DNA of 64,000 nt from Hemiscyllium ocellatum (lineage: Eukaryota): NCBI RefSeq assembly GCF_020745735.1, contig NC_083409.1:19798341-19862340 (forward strand), given 5' to 3'. The notes under the pieces are model-generated. The model did no database searches and had not been told where the DNA came from. It worked only from the letters and a program-made list of their open reading frames with translations. Each line of letters starts with the position of its first letter. Position 1 is the stretch's first letter. The position numbers and the translations under genes were made by a program. This document shows, piece after piece, positions 24,733 to 36,536 of the stretch.

Positions 24733-25399
24733 TGCAGAGCAGGTGTGAGACTAAGAGTAAAGGGAATCTAGTGAAAGAGAGACAGACAGAGACGTTCTGG
24801 TCACCACATTATGAGAAGGATATGACTGTACTCAAGAGGGTGCAGAGATTTCCCAGGATGCTGCCTGGCCTGGAGAGTCTAATCTATGAGGAAGGGTTGG
24901 AAAGGCTGGGATTGTTTCTCTTGGAGCAGTGAAGGTTGAGAGGGAACTTGCTGAAGGGCTATAAGATTATGAGGGGCAGAGATATAGTGGAAAGGAAGGC
25001 AACGTTTTCCATGAGTAGAGGGATCAATATCCAGGGGCAGAGATTGGAGATTACACAGACATAAAAAGATGGAAACAGGGAGCAGCAGTAGGGTTAGGAT
25101 TAGGGATAGGGATTGGCCCTATGAGGCTGCTCTGTCATTCAATATGATCATGGCTGATCCTCTCCCTCAATGCCAACCTGGGATTGGTGTTGTTAGATCA
25201 TTGATGACCAGTACAGACTTGTTAAATGCTGTTCATGTCATTGTGCTTCTGGTTGAGAGAGAGACAGAAGACAGAGAGAGAGAGAGAGAGAGAGAGAAAG
25301 TGAGAAAGTGTACATTGTGTGATTGAGTGAGAGAGGGCAAGGCATTTAATTGCTGCCCCAGATCTCACTGTTCCAATGTCCTGGAATAACGCCGGTAAT

Positions 25400-25800
25400 A
25401 GAGATCAGTTAGAGAGTGACCAGAGGGAGGGAGACAGAAAAAGAGAGAGTGACGCAATTAGAGATTGAGGGTATAAAGATAGAACGAGTGAGGAATTAGG
25501 TAGAAAGATATGTGAAGGAGAAGAATGAATGATAAGAAAGAGAGAAAGAGAGAGAAAGAGACCAATCACAGAAGGAAATGGAGATAAACAGAGTGTCAAA
25601 CATACATGGAAAAAGGGAAAGATAGAAGTGGTTATATAATTGGGAGAGGACAGAGTCAGAGACAGAAATAGAAAAAGAGGGAGAAAGTCAATGAATAACA
25701 GGAATATATACAAGAGAAAGGTGAGAAAGAGATAAAAGGGAAAAGGGAGAAAAGAAGTACGAAAAGGAAGGACGAGAGAGAGAGAGAGAGAAGAGGAAGT
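25400..25800. repeat. Polypurine (GA-rich) low-complexity tract directly 5' of the V promoter
   Basis: Plus strand dominated by A and G; another (AG)12 at 25273-25297. Confidence 0.8.
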
Positions 25801-25809
25801 GTGAGGGGC

Positions 25810-25889
25810 TGACGTGGCTCTCTCTGCCTGATGCCATTTACATACTGAGGAACACCCAGTCAGACTCTCACAGGCTGCAGCTTTATAAA
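25810..25889 (+). promoter_or_regulatory. Ig light-chain V promoter: CRE-like TGACGT, variant octamer ATTTACAT (25836-25843), TATAAA (25884-25889)
   Basis: Motif order and spacing 60-140 bp upstream of the leader ATG match IgL promoters; the octamer has one mismatch to ATTTGCAT. Confidence 0.75.
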
Positions 25890-25949
25890 GCAGAGCCCAG
25901 TGAAGGGAGAGTTTATCAGGAACCAGGCACAGGGACAGGAGCACACACC

Positions 25950-25998
25950 ATGATTTCACACATCCAGCTGATCTGGCCCCTGGCATTCTGTATCGCAG
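25950..25998 (+). CDS. IGKV: Ig kappa leader exon (MISHIQLIWPLAFCIA-G)
   Basis: ATG, hydrophobic signal peptide and phase-1 donor GCAG|GTACAA; splices in frame to 26185. Confidence 0.92.
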
Positions 25999-26184
25999 GT
26001 ACAACTCTCTCTACTTCCACCTTGAATCTTTAGCTGCTCTCTATTTCACTCCAGTTCCACTGATTTGTGATTGAAGGGAAAATGTTGAAACCAGAGGAAT
26101 GCTCAGTGTCTCCAACAATCTCTCATTTGACCGGCTCTTTCTGTGACAGTTCTGACTTCACTGTGTTTCTCTCTGACCCCTCAG

Positions 26185-26483
26185 GTATCAGTGGGGACAT
26201 CATCATGACCCAGTCTCCCCCGGTACTGTCAGTGGGACTGGGCCAGACTGCAACCATCACCTGTAAATCCAGTCAAGACATTAACGATGAGCTTTCCTGG
26301 TACCAACAGCGAGAAGGTCAGAAACCCTCTCTCCTGATCTATGATGCAACAGATCGATTCACAGGAGTCTCCGATCGATTCACTGGCAGTGGATCAGGGA
26401 CCAGTTACACCCTGACAATCAGCAATGTTCAGAATGAGGATGTCGCTGACTATTACTGTATGCAGGATGACAGCTACCCTCTA
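26185..26483 (+). CDS. IGKV: Ig kappa V exon, unrearranged ([26 protein letters not shown]...WYQQ...[12 protein letters not shown])
   Basis: Acceptor ctgacccctcag|; open frame with Cys 26262, Trp 26298 and YYC 26457; resembles shark NS4/type III kappa V as recalled; followed by a consensus RSS. Confidence 0.95.
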
Positions 26484-26511
26484 CACAGTGATACAGAGCC
26501 ATACAAAAACC
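26484..26511 (+). other. V recombination signal sequence, 12-bp spacer
   Basis: CACAGTG-atacagagccat-ACAAAAACC; both motifs are consensus. Confidence 0.97.
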
Positions 26512-26589
26512 TCAATACACACAGCACCACCTCCTGTACTGACACGTACACAGTTATATAAATGTATAATAATAGACACACAGTCCCAC

Positions 26590-26806
26590 CACCTGAACTG
26601 GCACATCCACAGCTAGATGCAAATGAAACTGAACAAATTACCCCATACTGGGATTGTCACTGTCCACTACACACTCCAGTCCCTGTGGTGTCCACCGCTC
26701 ACTGAAGGCTTCAAGTTTCCCTCTCACACTCCATGACCACACGTGAAGAGCAACTGCAAGATTTAACATTGAAAAATAAATTTCACAAAACTCCCAAGCC
26801 CAGCTG
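26590..26806. promoter_or_regulatory. Octamer and E-box cluster in the V-J spacer
   Basis: CACCTG 26590, ATGCAAAT 26617-26624 overlapping CAAATG, CACGTG 26740, CAGCTG 26801. Function is inferred. Confidence 0.45.
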
Positions 26807-26935
26807 GATACAGAGAGACAGAGACAGATAGACACATGAATGAGGGAGAGAAAGAGAGGTCCAGAAAGAGGGTGAGAGTGAACGAGACTGAGACAGGGAG
26901 AGGTTGAGAGTGATGGGGGGGAAGCAGAGAGCAGA

Positions 26936-26974
26936 GGTTTTTGTACAGCCTCTGCACTGGGAGCTCTCACTGTG
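26936..26974 (-). other. J recombination signal sequence, 23-bp spacer
   Basis: GGTTTTTGT-23 nt-CACTGTG; both motifs are consensus. Confidence 0.97.
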
Positions 26975-27009
26975 GCTTACGTTTGGTAAAGGAACCAAGC
27001 TCAGACTGA
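26975..27009 (+). CDS. IGKJ: Ig kappa J segment (LTFGKGTKLRL)
   Basis: FGXG motif and phase-1 donor CTGA|GTAAGT, compatible with the C exon. Confidence 0.95.
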
Positions 27010-27449
27010 GTAAGTAAACCTCCATCCTCTGTTATTAACCCTTTCAGTACTGAAACAACTTTTTAAAACACAAATAATGAATTGTTGAAGGTGTTAGTGG
27101 GGAGCTGCAGTGAATGAAATGGTTGATTGAGGAGCACTGTGTCTAGCAGAGTGCCCATCTGTATTTCTTTAGTTCCATTGTCCCTTTAAGCAGCAAGATA
27201 TAAATCAGTAAGTTTTACTCACTGTGTGAAGGAGTTCTGTCCATTTGCAGTCTGTGGTCCCATTCCTGCAGCATGGAGTGAAATCAGTGAGTAGCCTCCT
27301 GCCAGTCTCAGTGTGACGGACATGGGCAGAGTTTGATGTGAGCTCTGGCTCCCTGTCCCAGTCTCTGATCTCACTGACCTCAGCAGCAGCAGCAGCAGCA
27401 CAGTGAGACACCGAGCTCCCACCTCCCCCAGCTTTAACTCTGCTCAATC

Positions 27450-29600
27450 ACACAATCACAGAATCGTTACAGTGCACAAGGAGGCCATTCAACTCATCCT
27501 GTTTGTACTGGCTCTCTGAATGAGCAATTCACTGAGTGTCATTCTCCTGCTATCTCCCTGTCACCCTGCACATTGTTCCTTTTCAAATAATAATCTCGTT
27601 CCCTTCGGAATGTTTTAATTGAAGCTGCTTCCACCACACTCTCAGGCAGTGCATTCCACACCTTAACCACTCACTGGCTGAACATGTTGTTCCCTATTTC
27701 ACTTTTGTTACTTTTCCCAATTACTTTCAATCTGTGGTCTCTCGGTCTCAATCCTTTCTCAACTGGGCACATTCTCTCCCTATTTACTCTCTCCAGGCCC
27801 CTCCTGGTTTTAATTCCTCAAACAAATCTCTCAGCCTTCTCCAAAGAAGGCAGTCCCCAATTCTCCAATCAATCTGTATAACTGATGTTCCTCATCCCTG
27901 GAATAATCTTTGGGAATATTTTTTGCCATTTCTACAAAATGTCACTCCTTCCTGAATTATTGACATTATCTATGACCCTCATGCTCTTATAAACCTCTAT
28001 CAGGTCACTCCTCATACTCTTACACGTCAGAGTAAAAAGTCTCAGCTTTTCCAGCCTCTCATAGTCATGGAGTCATACAGCATGGAAACAGACCTTTCAG
28101 TCCAACTTGTCCATGATAACCAGATATCCTAAACTGACCTCATCCTATTAACCAGCATTTGGTTTACATCCCTCGAAAACCTTCCTATCCGTATACCCAT
28201 CCCAATGTGTTTTAAATGCTGTAATTGTATCCACCTCCAACACTTTCTCTGGCAGCTCGATCCATACACATACCACCCTCTGTGTGACAAGTTACCCCTC
28301 AGGTCCCTTTTGAATCTTTTGCCTCTCACCTTAAGCCTATACCCTCTTGTTTTGGAATCCCTTTCCCAAGGAAAAGACCTTGGATATACACTCTGTCCAT
28401 GCCCCACATGAATTTACAAACATTTATAATGCCACTCCTCAGCCTTAGATGCTGCAGGAAAAATAGGCCCAGTTTCCTCAGCCTTTCCCTGTCGCTCAAA
28501 CCCTCCAATTCCTGGTCATGTCTTTGTCAATATTTTCTGCAGCTTTTTAAGTTTAACAGCATCCTTCTTGTCGCAGCATGATCAGAATTTTTCACATTAT
28601 TCCCAAAGTGGCCTCACCAATCTCCTGTACAGCTGCAACATGATGTCCCAACTCCTGTACTCAATGCAGTGATCAATAAAGGCAAGTGTACCCAACACCT
28701 TCTTTATCAACCTGTCTACCTGTGACCCCACTTTTAAGGAATAATGCACCTGCATCTTCTCCCCGAGGTCTCTTTGTCCAGCAACGCTCCACAGGGCCCT
28801 CCCATTAACTGTATAACTCCTGCCCTGGTTTGCCTTTCCAAAATGCAACATCTCGCATTTACCTAAATTGAACTCCATTTGCTACACCTCTGCCCATTGC
28901 CCCATCTGATCAAGGTCCCGCTGTACCCTGAGATGAATTTCTTCACTATCCACTGTCCTGCCAATTTTGATGTCATCCACAAACTTACTGTAACTCCTAT
29001 ATTCACCTCCAAATCATTTCTTTAAATGACAAAAGCAGTGAACCCAGCACCAATGCTTGTTGCACACATCTATTCACAGATCTCCAGTCTGAAAAGCAGC
29101 CTTTTAAACACCACTCTCTGTCTCCTATATTCAATCCAATTTTTTTATCCCAATGGCTCACTCCCCCGGATCCCATGTGGTCTAACCTTACTAACCAGTC
29201 TATCATGTGGAACCTTGTCAAACACTTTGCTAAAGCCCATATAGACAATGTCTACTGTTCTGTCTTCATCAATCTTCTTTGTCACCTCCTCAATCAAATT
29301 CAGGAGATATGATTTCCTATGCAAAAAAACCACATTGATTATCCAAAGAATGTAAATCCTATCCCACAGAATCCACTCCAACATCTTACCCAGCACTGAC
29401 ATCAGGCTCACTGGTCTATAGTTCCCTGGCTTTTCCTTACAGTCTTTCTCAAATAATGGCATAACATTAGCCAACCTCTCTGGTTCTCCAGCACCTTACC
29501 CATGGTTGTCAGTGATACACATATCTCAGTAAGGGGCCCAGCAATCTCTTCCCTAGTTTCCCACAATGTTCTGGGATACACATGATCAGGTCCTAGGGTT
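27450..29600 (-). mobile_element. Stacked CR1 fragments in the J-C intron
   Basis: MEFNLGKCEMLHFG, PGNYRPVSLMSVLGKMLE, FSKVFDKVPH motifs. Confidence 0.8.
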
Positions 29601-29829
29601 TATCTACCTTTATGTGCTTTAAGATCTTTTGCGTCTCCTCATTTGTGTGTGGTCTCTTTTCAAGACATCACTATTTTTCCAAATTCCCCAGCATTTGTTT
29701 GGGATCTCACTCATCTCTTGTGTCTTACCAAAATACAGCACTCACCTTTATCTGAATTAAACTCCATCTGTCATTCCTCAGCCCACTGGCCTAGTTGGTC
29801 AAGATTCCATTGTATGATTAGACCTTTTT

Positions 29830-30082
29830 CACAGCCAATGATTAGATTAAATTCTCTATAGTGTGAAAACGGGCCCTTCGGCCCAACAAGTCCACACCGA
29901 TCCTCCGAAGAGTAACCCACCCAGACCCATTTCGCTCTCTGTAATGCATCTAACACTATGGACAATTTAGCACAGCCAATTCACCTGACCTGCACATCTT
30001 TGGACTGTGGAAGGAAACCAGAGCACCCGGAGGAAACTCACGCAGACATAGGGAGAATGTGCAAACTCCACACAGACAGTGT
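29830..30082 (-). mobile_element. HE1-type SINE
   Basis: Reverse complement of the HE1 body and tail. Confidence 0.8.
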
Positions 30083-30229
30083 GCTGCCCCGCTCAACCAC
30101 CACTGAGCCACCGATGCCTCCTGAAAATTCACCTGAACACACTCTCGCAACTCTGGTCCCTCTCTGCCCATTACACTACTGCTACCCCAAACTATATTCA
30201 GAAACTAAAGACCTCCCGCCCATTTATAA

Positions 30230-32900
30230 CAACTCTATCACATTTGAAGGTCTATGTAAACTCCTTGCATTTGTATTCCTCCACATCCTTCCCACTAGGA
30301 GGTGACTTATTGACTGTTCTGAGGATTCTGTGGACCTTGGTGTTCCTCTCTGATATTCCCTCCTGGCTCCCACAGTCCTGCCAAGTTAATTTAACCCTCT
30401 CTAACAGCATGAGTAAACCACCTCACAAGAATCTAATGCCCTCCCTCATGGATCCACTTTCCAGCCCTGCTGTCACCTGTGTTCACCTCCTGATTCTATT
30501 CTCACTTGCATAGGGCACTGGGAGTAATCCGAAGATTCCTACGTTTGAGTTCCTGCTGCTAATTCCCTCCGAAGCTACCGAACTTCTGACTGCAAGACCA
30601 CTTTTCTCCTTCTGTCACTAGGACCAATGTGGACCACTACTGCTGCCTGTTCCTCGTCTCCCCTCAGGGTGCTCTGCAAACGGTCAGTTCATCCTTGACT
30701 CTGGCACCAGGGAGACAACACACTATCCTGGAATCCCATCTGCAGCTGCACAAACACCTATCGATTGCCCTTGAATCTCTTCTCACTATCGCTCTTCCCA
30801 TCTTCTTTGTGCCCCCCACCCCCACCTCCCCCCTGCAACTGAGCCCCCCCTGGTGCCAGGGACTTGGCTGTGGATGCACTCCCCAGATGAACCATCATTC
30901 TCATCAGGATTATGAACTGAATCCTGGATGGACAATGGGATGCACTCAGGGGATTCCTGTACTAGCTGCTGCTCCCCCATTCCCTCTCTCCCTGCACACT
31001 CTGAAGCTGCGGAGTGACCACATCTAGAAACATTCTCTCCATGGAGCTCTCAGCCTCATGGACGCTCTGCACTGACACCAGCTGCTGCTCAAGCTCCGAA
31101 ACCCGGAGCTCCAACTGCTATCACTGACCACACTTCCTGTTCTCTTGGTATTCCAGGAGCTGCGAAACATTTTGAAGTTCCCACATGGATGCACACCCTC
31201 TCCATTCTTGGATTATCTCTTTGCAGAGTTCTGATAACAAACAGCTCCAGCAGGGCAAACAGTCCAGTGGGTTCAGTGTTCCAGAATTTTGGGGAAACTC
31301 TCCAGAAGATTTTAAGAAACAGGAGCAGAAATCAGCCATTCAGCCCATGGAATCTGCTCTGCCATTTGATCTTGGCAGATATGCTTCTCACCCCCATTCT
31401 CCTGCCTGATCCACAGGAACTTTCCATCCCCTTCTCAATCATGAACCTATCTATCGCTGTCTTAAATACATTCTGTGACTTGCCCCCCTGTCCTCTGTAA
31501 CAATGAGTTCCACAGATTCCCCACCCTCTGGCTGAAGAAATTCCTCCACATCTCAGCTCGAAAGGGTCGGCCCTTCATTCTGAGGCTGTGCCTTGGTTAT
31601 CTAGTCTCTCCTGTTTTTGGAAACATCTTCTCCACATCCACTCTATCCAGGCCTATCAGTATTCTGCAAATTTCAATAAGATCCCTCCTCATCCTTCTAA
31701 ACTCCAGCGAATACAGACCCAAAGTCCTCAACCACTCCTCATATGACAAACCCTTCATCCCCAGGATCATTCTTGTAAATCCCTCCAATGCCAGCACATT
31801 GTTTCTTAGAATATGGGTCCCAAATATTCCAAATTCAGTCTGACCAGAGCCTTACACAGCTTAAGTAGTACATCTCTGCCCTTGTATTCTGGGTCTATTG
31901 AAATGAATGCAAACATTCCACTTGCTTTCCCAAGCACAAACTGGACCTGCCTGTTAACCTTAAGAGAAACCTGAATGAGGTTTGTGCTTTAGATCTCTAA
32001 AGGCTTTCCTTATTTAGAAAATACCTCCATACCCTGACTCCATTGTTTCCTGAAAGATCATCACCAATGTCCCCACAATCTCCTCAGTGATCTCCTTCAG
32101 AACACACGGGTGTAATTCATCCAGTCTGGGTGAGTTATCCACACTCAGACCTTTCAGCTTCCCCAGTACCTCCTCCTCAGTGTTGGCCACAGCACTCACC
32201 TCTGCCCCCTGACAGTCTTGAAGTACTGGGACACTGCTGGTGTTGTTTTCCATTGTGCAGACTGATGTAATGTATGGATTCAATTCCTCGACTTTTTCTT
32301 CATTTTCTATTATTGTTTTTCCAATGTCTATTTCTGCCTCCCTCTTCATTTTTATAAATCTTGTGAAACTCTTGCAATCTTCTTTTATATTACTGGCTCG
32401 CTTTCCCCCCACATTTCACCTTCTGTCCCCTGAATGTGTTTTTTTTTAGTTGTCCTCTATAGGTTTTTAAAGACTTCCTAATCCTCTGGCTTCCCACTAT
32501 TTTCCACCACATTGTATGCCTTTTCCTTTTGTTTTTATGCTGTCCTTGACCTCCCTCATCAGCCATGGTTGCCTTGTCCTCCCCTTAGTCTGTTCCTTCT
32601 TTTTCAGGAGGAATTCCTACTCTGCCTCCTGAATTACGCCCAGAAACTCTGCCATTTGCTGCCCTACCACCTTACCTGCTCGGCTCCCCTTACAACCAAC
32701 TCTGGCGAGCTCCTTCCTCATGTCTTTGTACTTACCTTTCCTCAATTGAAATACTGTTCCACCTGATTACAGCTTCTCCCTCTCAAACTACAGGGGGAAT
32801 TCTATCATATTATGGTCACTTATCCGGAGGGATACTTTCATTTTCAGCTCACTAACCAAGTTTGCCTCATTACACATCACTGAATCCAAAACTGCCTGTT
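30230..32900 (-). mobile_element. CR1 fragments including an ORF1 (zinc finger/esterase) region at ~30230-31300
   Basis: RAIVRRDSRAIDR...DSRIVCCLPGARVKD; CASMWEL...RKCGQ; RT/linker fragments downstream. Confidence 0.7.
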
Positions 32901-32904
32901 CTAA

Positions 32905-33172
32905 ATGATTAGATTAGATTAGACTTACAGTGTGGAAACAGGCCCTTCGGCCCAACAAGTCCATACCGACCCGCCGAAGCGCAACCCACCCATACCCCTA
33001 CATATTACCCCTTACCTAACACTACGGGCAATTTAGCTTGGCCAATTCACCTGACCCGCACATCTTTGGACTGTTGCAAACTCCACACAGTCAGTCGCCT
33101 GAGTCGGGAATTGAACCCGGGTCTACAGGCGCTGTGAGGCAGCAGTGCTAACCACTGTGCCACCGTGCCGCC
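32905..33172 (-). mobile_element. Young HE1-type SINE with an internal deletion
   Basis: CpG-rich head and (TCTAA)n tail; closely similar to 35272-35573. Confidence 0.9.
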
Positions 33173-33299
33173 CGTGATCAACCACAAGCTGTTTCAAAAA
33201 CCATTTCATAGACACTCCATGAAACCCTTTTGTTGAGATGCGCTACCCAGTCCATCTAAACATTGAAGTCTGCCATAACATTTTGTATTTGGCTTTTCT

Positions 33300-33605
33300 G
33301 TCTCCAGTTCCAAACTTCCAGCTCAGCACTGTCTCCATAACTTGTCCTACCTGCCTATCTTCTTTTCCACCTATCCACTCCATCCTCCACTCCCTATTGT
33401 ACTTTATGCTACTTTCTCCCCACCTCCACTCTCCTCTCATTTTTCTCTCCACCCTTCAGGCTGTCTGCCTCTATTCCTGATGAAGGGCTTTTGCCCGAAA
33501 TGTTGATTTTTACTGCTCCTCGGATGCTACCTGAACTGCTGTGCTTTTCCAGCACCACTCTAATCTAGAATCTGGTTTCCAGCATCTGCAGTCATTGTTT
33601 TTACC
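33300..33605 (+). mobile_element. Penelope-like element 3' end with hammerhead motif at 33477-33504
   Basis: Homologous to 38270-38603; CTGATGA-A-GGGC TTTT GCCC-GAAATGTT. Confidence 0.7.
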
Positions 33606-35271
33606 CTTTTCTGTTTCCTGATTGATTTCCTTCCCCACACCCTGATTACTGTTTGGAGACCTAAACATAACTTGCATCAGATTCTTTATTTCTTGCGGTT
33701 CCTCAGCTCTACCCACACAGATTCTACACCTTCTGACTCTATATCACTTCTTGCCATTGATTTAATTTCATTTCTTACTAACAAGGCAACACTTGCCCCT
33801 CCGTCCATCTGCCTATCCTTTTGATAGGACATGCATCCTTGGATATTTCGTTCCCAGCCCGGATCCCCTTACAGCCATGTCTCTGTGATACCCACAACAT
33901 CGTACCTGCTAGTTTCAATCTGCACTATAAGCTCATTGTGTATACTGTGTGCACTTAAGTACAACACCCTCAGTCCTGCATTGACTGCCCTCCTTCCCAT
34001 CATTGTCGTCTTATCTGCTGTGCTTTACGTTCGATACCTGATCCTTTCCACGCTCTCTGTCCTTTTACATCTTCTAGAAAATAGAATAATCTCTCCTGAG
34101 CCCTCCTCCACTTTAACTAGTTTAAATTCCTTGGAAACTCAATTTACCTCGATTTATGACATAATTTTTCTACCTTACTCGGACTGCTTCGTGCATTTAG
34201 ACACAAAGTCTGTAAGTTTGATCTATTACTGATTTCCCTGCACTTTTATGATCCCTTTGATATTGAAAAATTCCATCCCTTCCTTTTATTTTCTGGTAAC
34301 AATCAATCCCATCACTAACCGGCAATCTGACCTTCTCCTTTCCCTTCCATTTTCTCATTTTCCATCCAACTGAACCAAATTACTTTCTCTTTGGGTTGAG
34401 TTCAGGACAATATTTATCCAAAATCATGAAGAATGCTCTTTGATCTCATTGCTTCCAGTGGGATCTTGCTGTGTAGAAATTGGCTGCCCCTTTCCTGAAA
34501 TTGCAACAATGACTGGTTTTCAAACAAAATGTAAATGTTTTGGGAGAGCCTGAGGTGCTGAGGGCTTGACTGAAACACAATTAGAGTCACAATTAGAAAC
34601 AAACTCTTCGATCTGACTCATCCATGCCAGCCACAGAGACATAGAGTCATAGTGTCAGAGAGATGTACAGCACAGAAACAGACCCTTCTGTCCAACTCAT
34701 CCATGCAGACCAGATAACCTAAATTAATCTAGTCTCATTTGTCAGCATTTGGCCCATATCCTTCTATACCCTTCCTATTCATATACACATCCAAATGCCT
34801 TTTAAATGTTAACATACCAGCCTCCACCACTTCCTCTGGCAGCTCATTCCAGAAATGTACCACCCTTGGCAGGAATAAGTTATGCCTTAGTTCCCATTTA
34901 AATCGTTCCCCTGATACTTTCCACCTATGCCCTCTAGTTCTGGACTCCTTCACTCTGACCAAAATATCTTCTTGTTTCACTTGATCAATGCCCCTCATGA
35001 TGTTAGAAACCTCGATATGGTCATCCCTCAGCTTCCAGTGATCCAGGGAAAATAGCCTCAGCCTATTCAGCCTCTCCTGATCGCACAAATCCTCCAACTT
35101 GGCAACATCCTTGGAAATCTTTTCTGAACCATTTTAATGTTCCCAACATTTTTCCTACAGCAGGGACGCCAGAATTCCACACAGTATTCCAAAAGGGGCC
35201 AAACTGATGTCCTATACAGCTGCAACAGCTCCCAACTCCAATACGCAATGCATTGCCCAATAAAGGAAAGC

Positions 35272-35573
35272 ACGGTGGCACAGTGGTTAGCACTGCTGCC
35301 TCACAGCGCCTGAGACCCGGGTTCAATTCCTGACTCAGACGACAGACTGTGTGGAGTTTGCACGTTCTCCCCGTGTCTGTGTGGGTTTCCTCCGGTTTCC
35401 TCCCACAGTCCAAAGATGTGCGGGTTAGGTGAATTGGCCATGCTAAATTGCCCGTAGTGTTAGGTAAGGGGTAAATGTAGGGGTATGGGTGGGTTGTGCT
35501 TCGGCGGGTCGTTGTGGACTTGTTGGGCCGAAGGGCCTGTTTCCACACTGTAAGTCTAGTCTAATCTAATCTA
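35272..35573 (+). mobile_element. Young HE1-type SINE inserted in a CR1 fragment
   Basis: gcacggtggcacagtggttagcactgctgcc head, ggttcaattcc B-box, CR1-like 3' end and (TCTAA)n tail. Confidence 0.9.
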
Positions 35574-35739
35574 ATGCCAAATGACTTTGTCAACCCCCTA
35601 CCTACCTGCAACTCCACTTTCAAGGAATTAATCTTTTTTGGGATGAACTGGGAGTCTTTCAGTTATGCTTTTTCTAATCACCCTGTTCAGAAACAAACTT
35701 CTTGCTTTCATTCGCAACTAAAAATCAGATAAAGGAGGT

Positions 35740-36068
35740 GATGATTTCATGGTACTATCGCTGAGCTGTTCATCCAGAGATCCAGATTAATGTTCTGGGG
35801 GCCAGGGTTAGAATCCTGCCACAGCAGATGGTGGAATGTGAATTCAATAAAACAATCTGCAATTAAGTGTCTAATGATGACCATGAAACAATTGTTGATT
35901 GTCAGGAAAAAGCCATCTGATTCCCTGATGTCCTTTAGGGAAGGAAACTGCCATCCTTACCATGTGACTCCAGACCCACAGCAATGTGGTTGACTCTAAA
36001 CTGCCCTCTGGGTGATTAGGGATGGGCAATAAATGCTGATCCTATCAGTGACACTCACATCCCAAGAA
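35740..36068 (+). mobile_element. Second tRNA-derived SINE family, shared with the paralogous C2 intron (remnant ~59935-59995)
   Basis: Similar copies at ~43720-44035 (-), ~46300-46560 and ~55720-55850; 3' end gattagggatgggcaataaatgctg. Confidence 0.6.
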
Positions 36069-36207
36069 GCAATTTAAACAATGTCTGTTCTTTTCTGGAG
36101 TTTGTTAGGTATTGGCTTCAAATGTTCAAACATTTTATCAATGAATATTCTGAGAGTTGAAATCCCTTCAAATGGCAGGGATTAAAATTGTTTCTCTTGT
36201 CTTTCAG

Positions 36208-36536
36208 TCCGTGAGAACTCACAGCCCAAGCTGACCCTGCTGCCCCCCTCCCCGGAGCAGGTCAATGCCAAGGGCACTGCCACCCTGGTGTGCCTTGCCA
36301 ATCACTTCTATCCCGATGAGCTGGAGGTGCAGTGGAAGAAGGACGGTGCAGTCATTTCGGACGGGGTTCAGACCAGCAACTACCTGCGAGCTTCGGACAG
36401 CACCTACAGCGTCAGCAGCCTGCTGACCCTCTCTGGGTCTGACTGGGAGTCGGATGCTCGCTTCTCCTGTGCCCTCACCCATGTGACCCTCCCCTCTCCC
36501 CTCAGCAAGAGCATCAGGAGATCAGAATGTGTGTAG
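36208..36536 (+). CDS. IGKC: Ig kappa constant exon C1 (RENSQPKLTLLPPSPEQ...SIRRSECV*)
   Basis: Acceptor tttctcttgtctttcag|; phase 1; C1-set Cys, Trp and Cys; penultimate Cys for the H-L bond; TAG stop. Confidence 0.96.

Noticed and set aside
25405-26004. 199-aa hydrophobic ORF on -
   Set aside because: It is the translation of the CT-rich complement of the GA tract.
26067-26184. N-terminal extension of the 164-aa V ORF (MIEGKML...)
   Set aside because: Intron read-through; the true leader is the spliced exon at 25950-25998.
27219-27422. Minus-strand ORF resembling a signal peptide (GARCLTVLLLLLLRS)
   Set aside because: It starts at GTG, the Leu run comes from a (CAG)6 microsatellite, and no downstream partner exon was found; not called as a gene.
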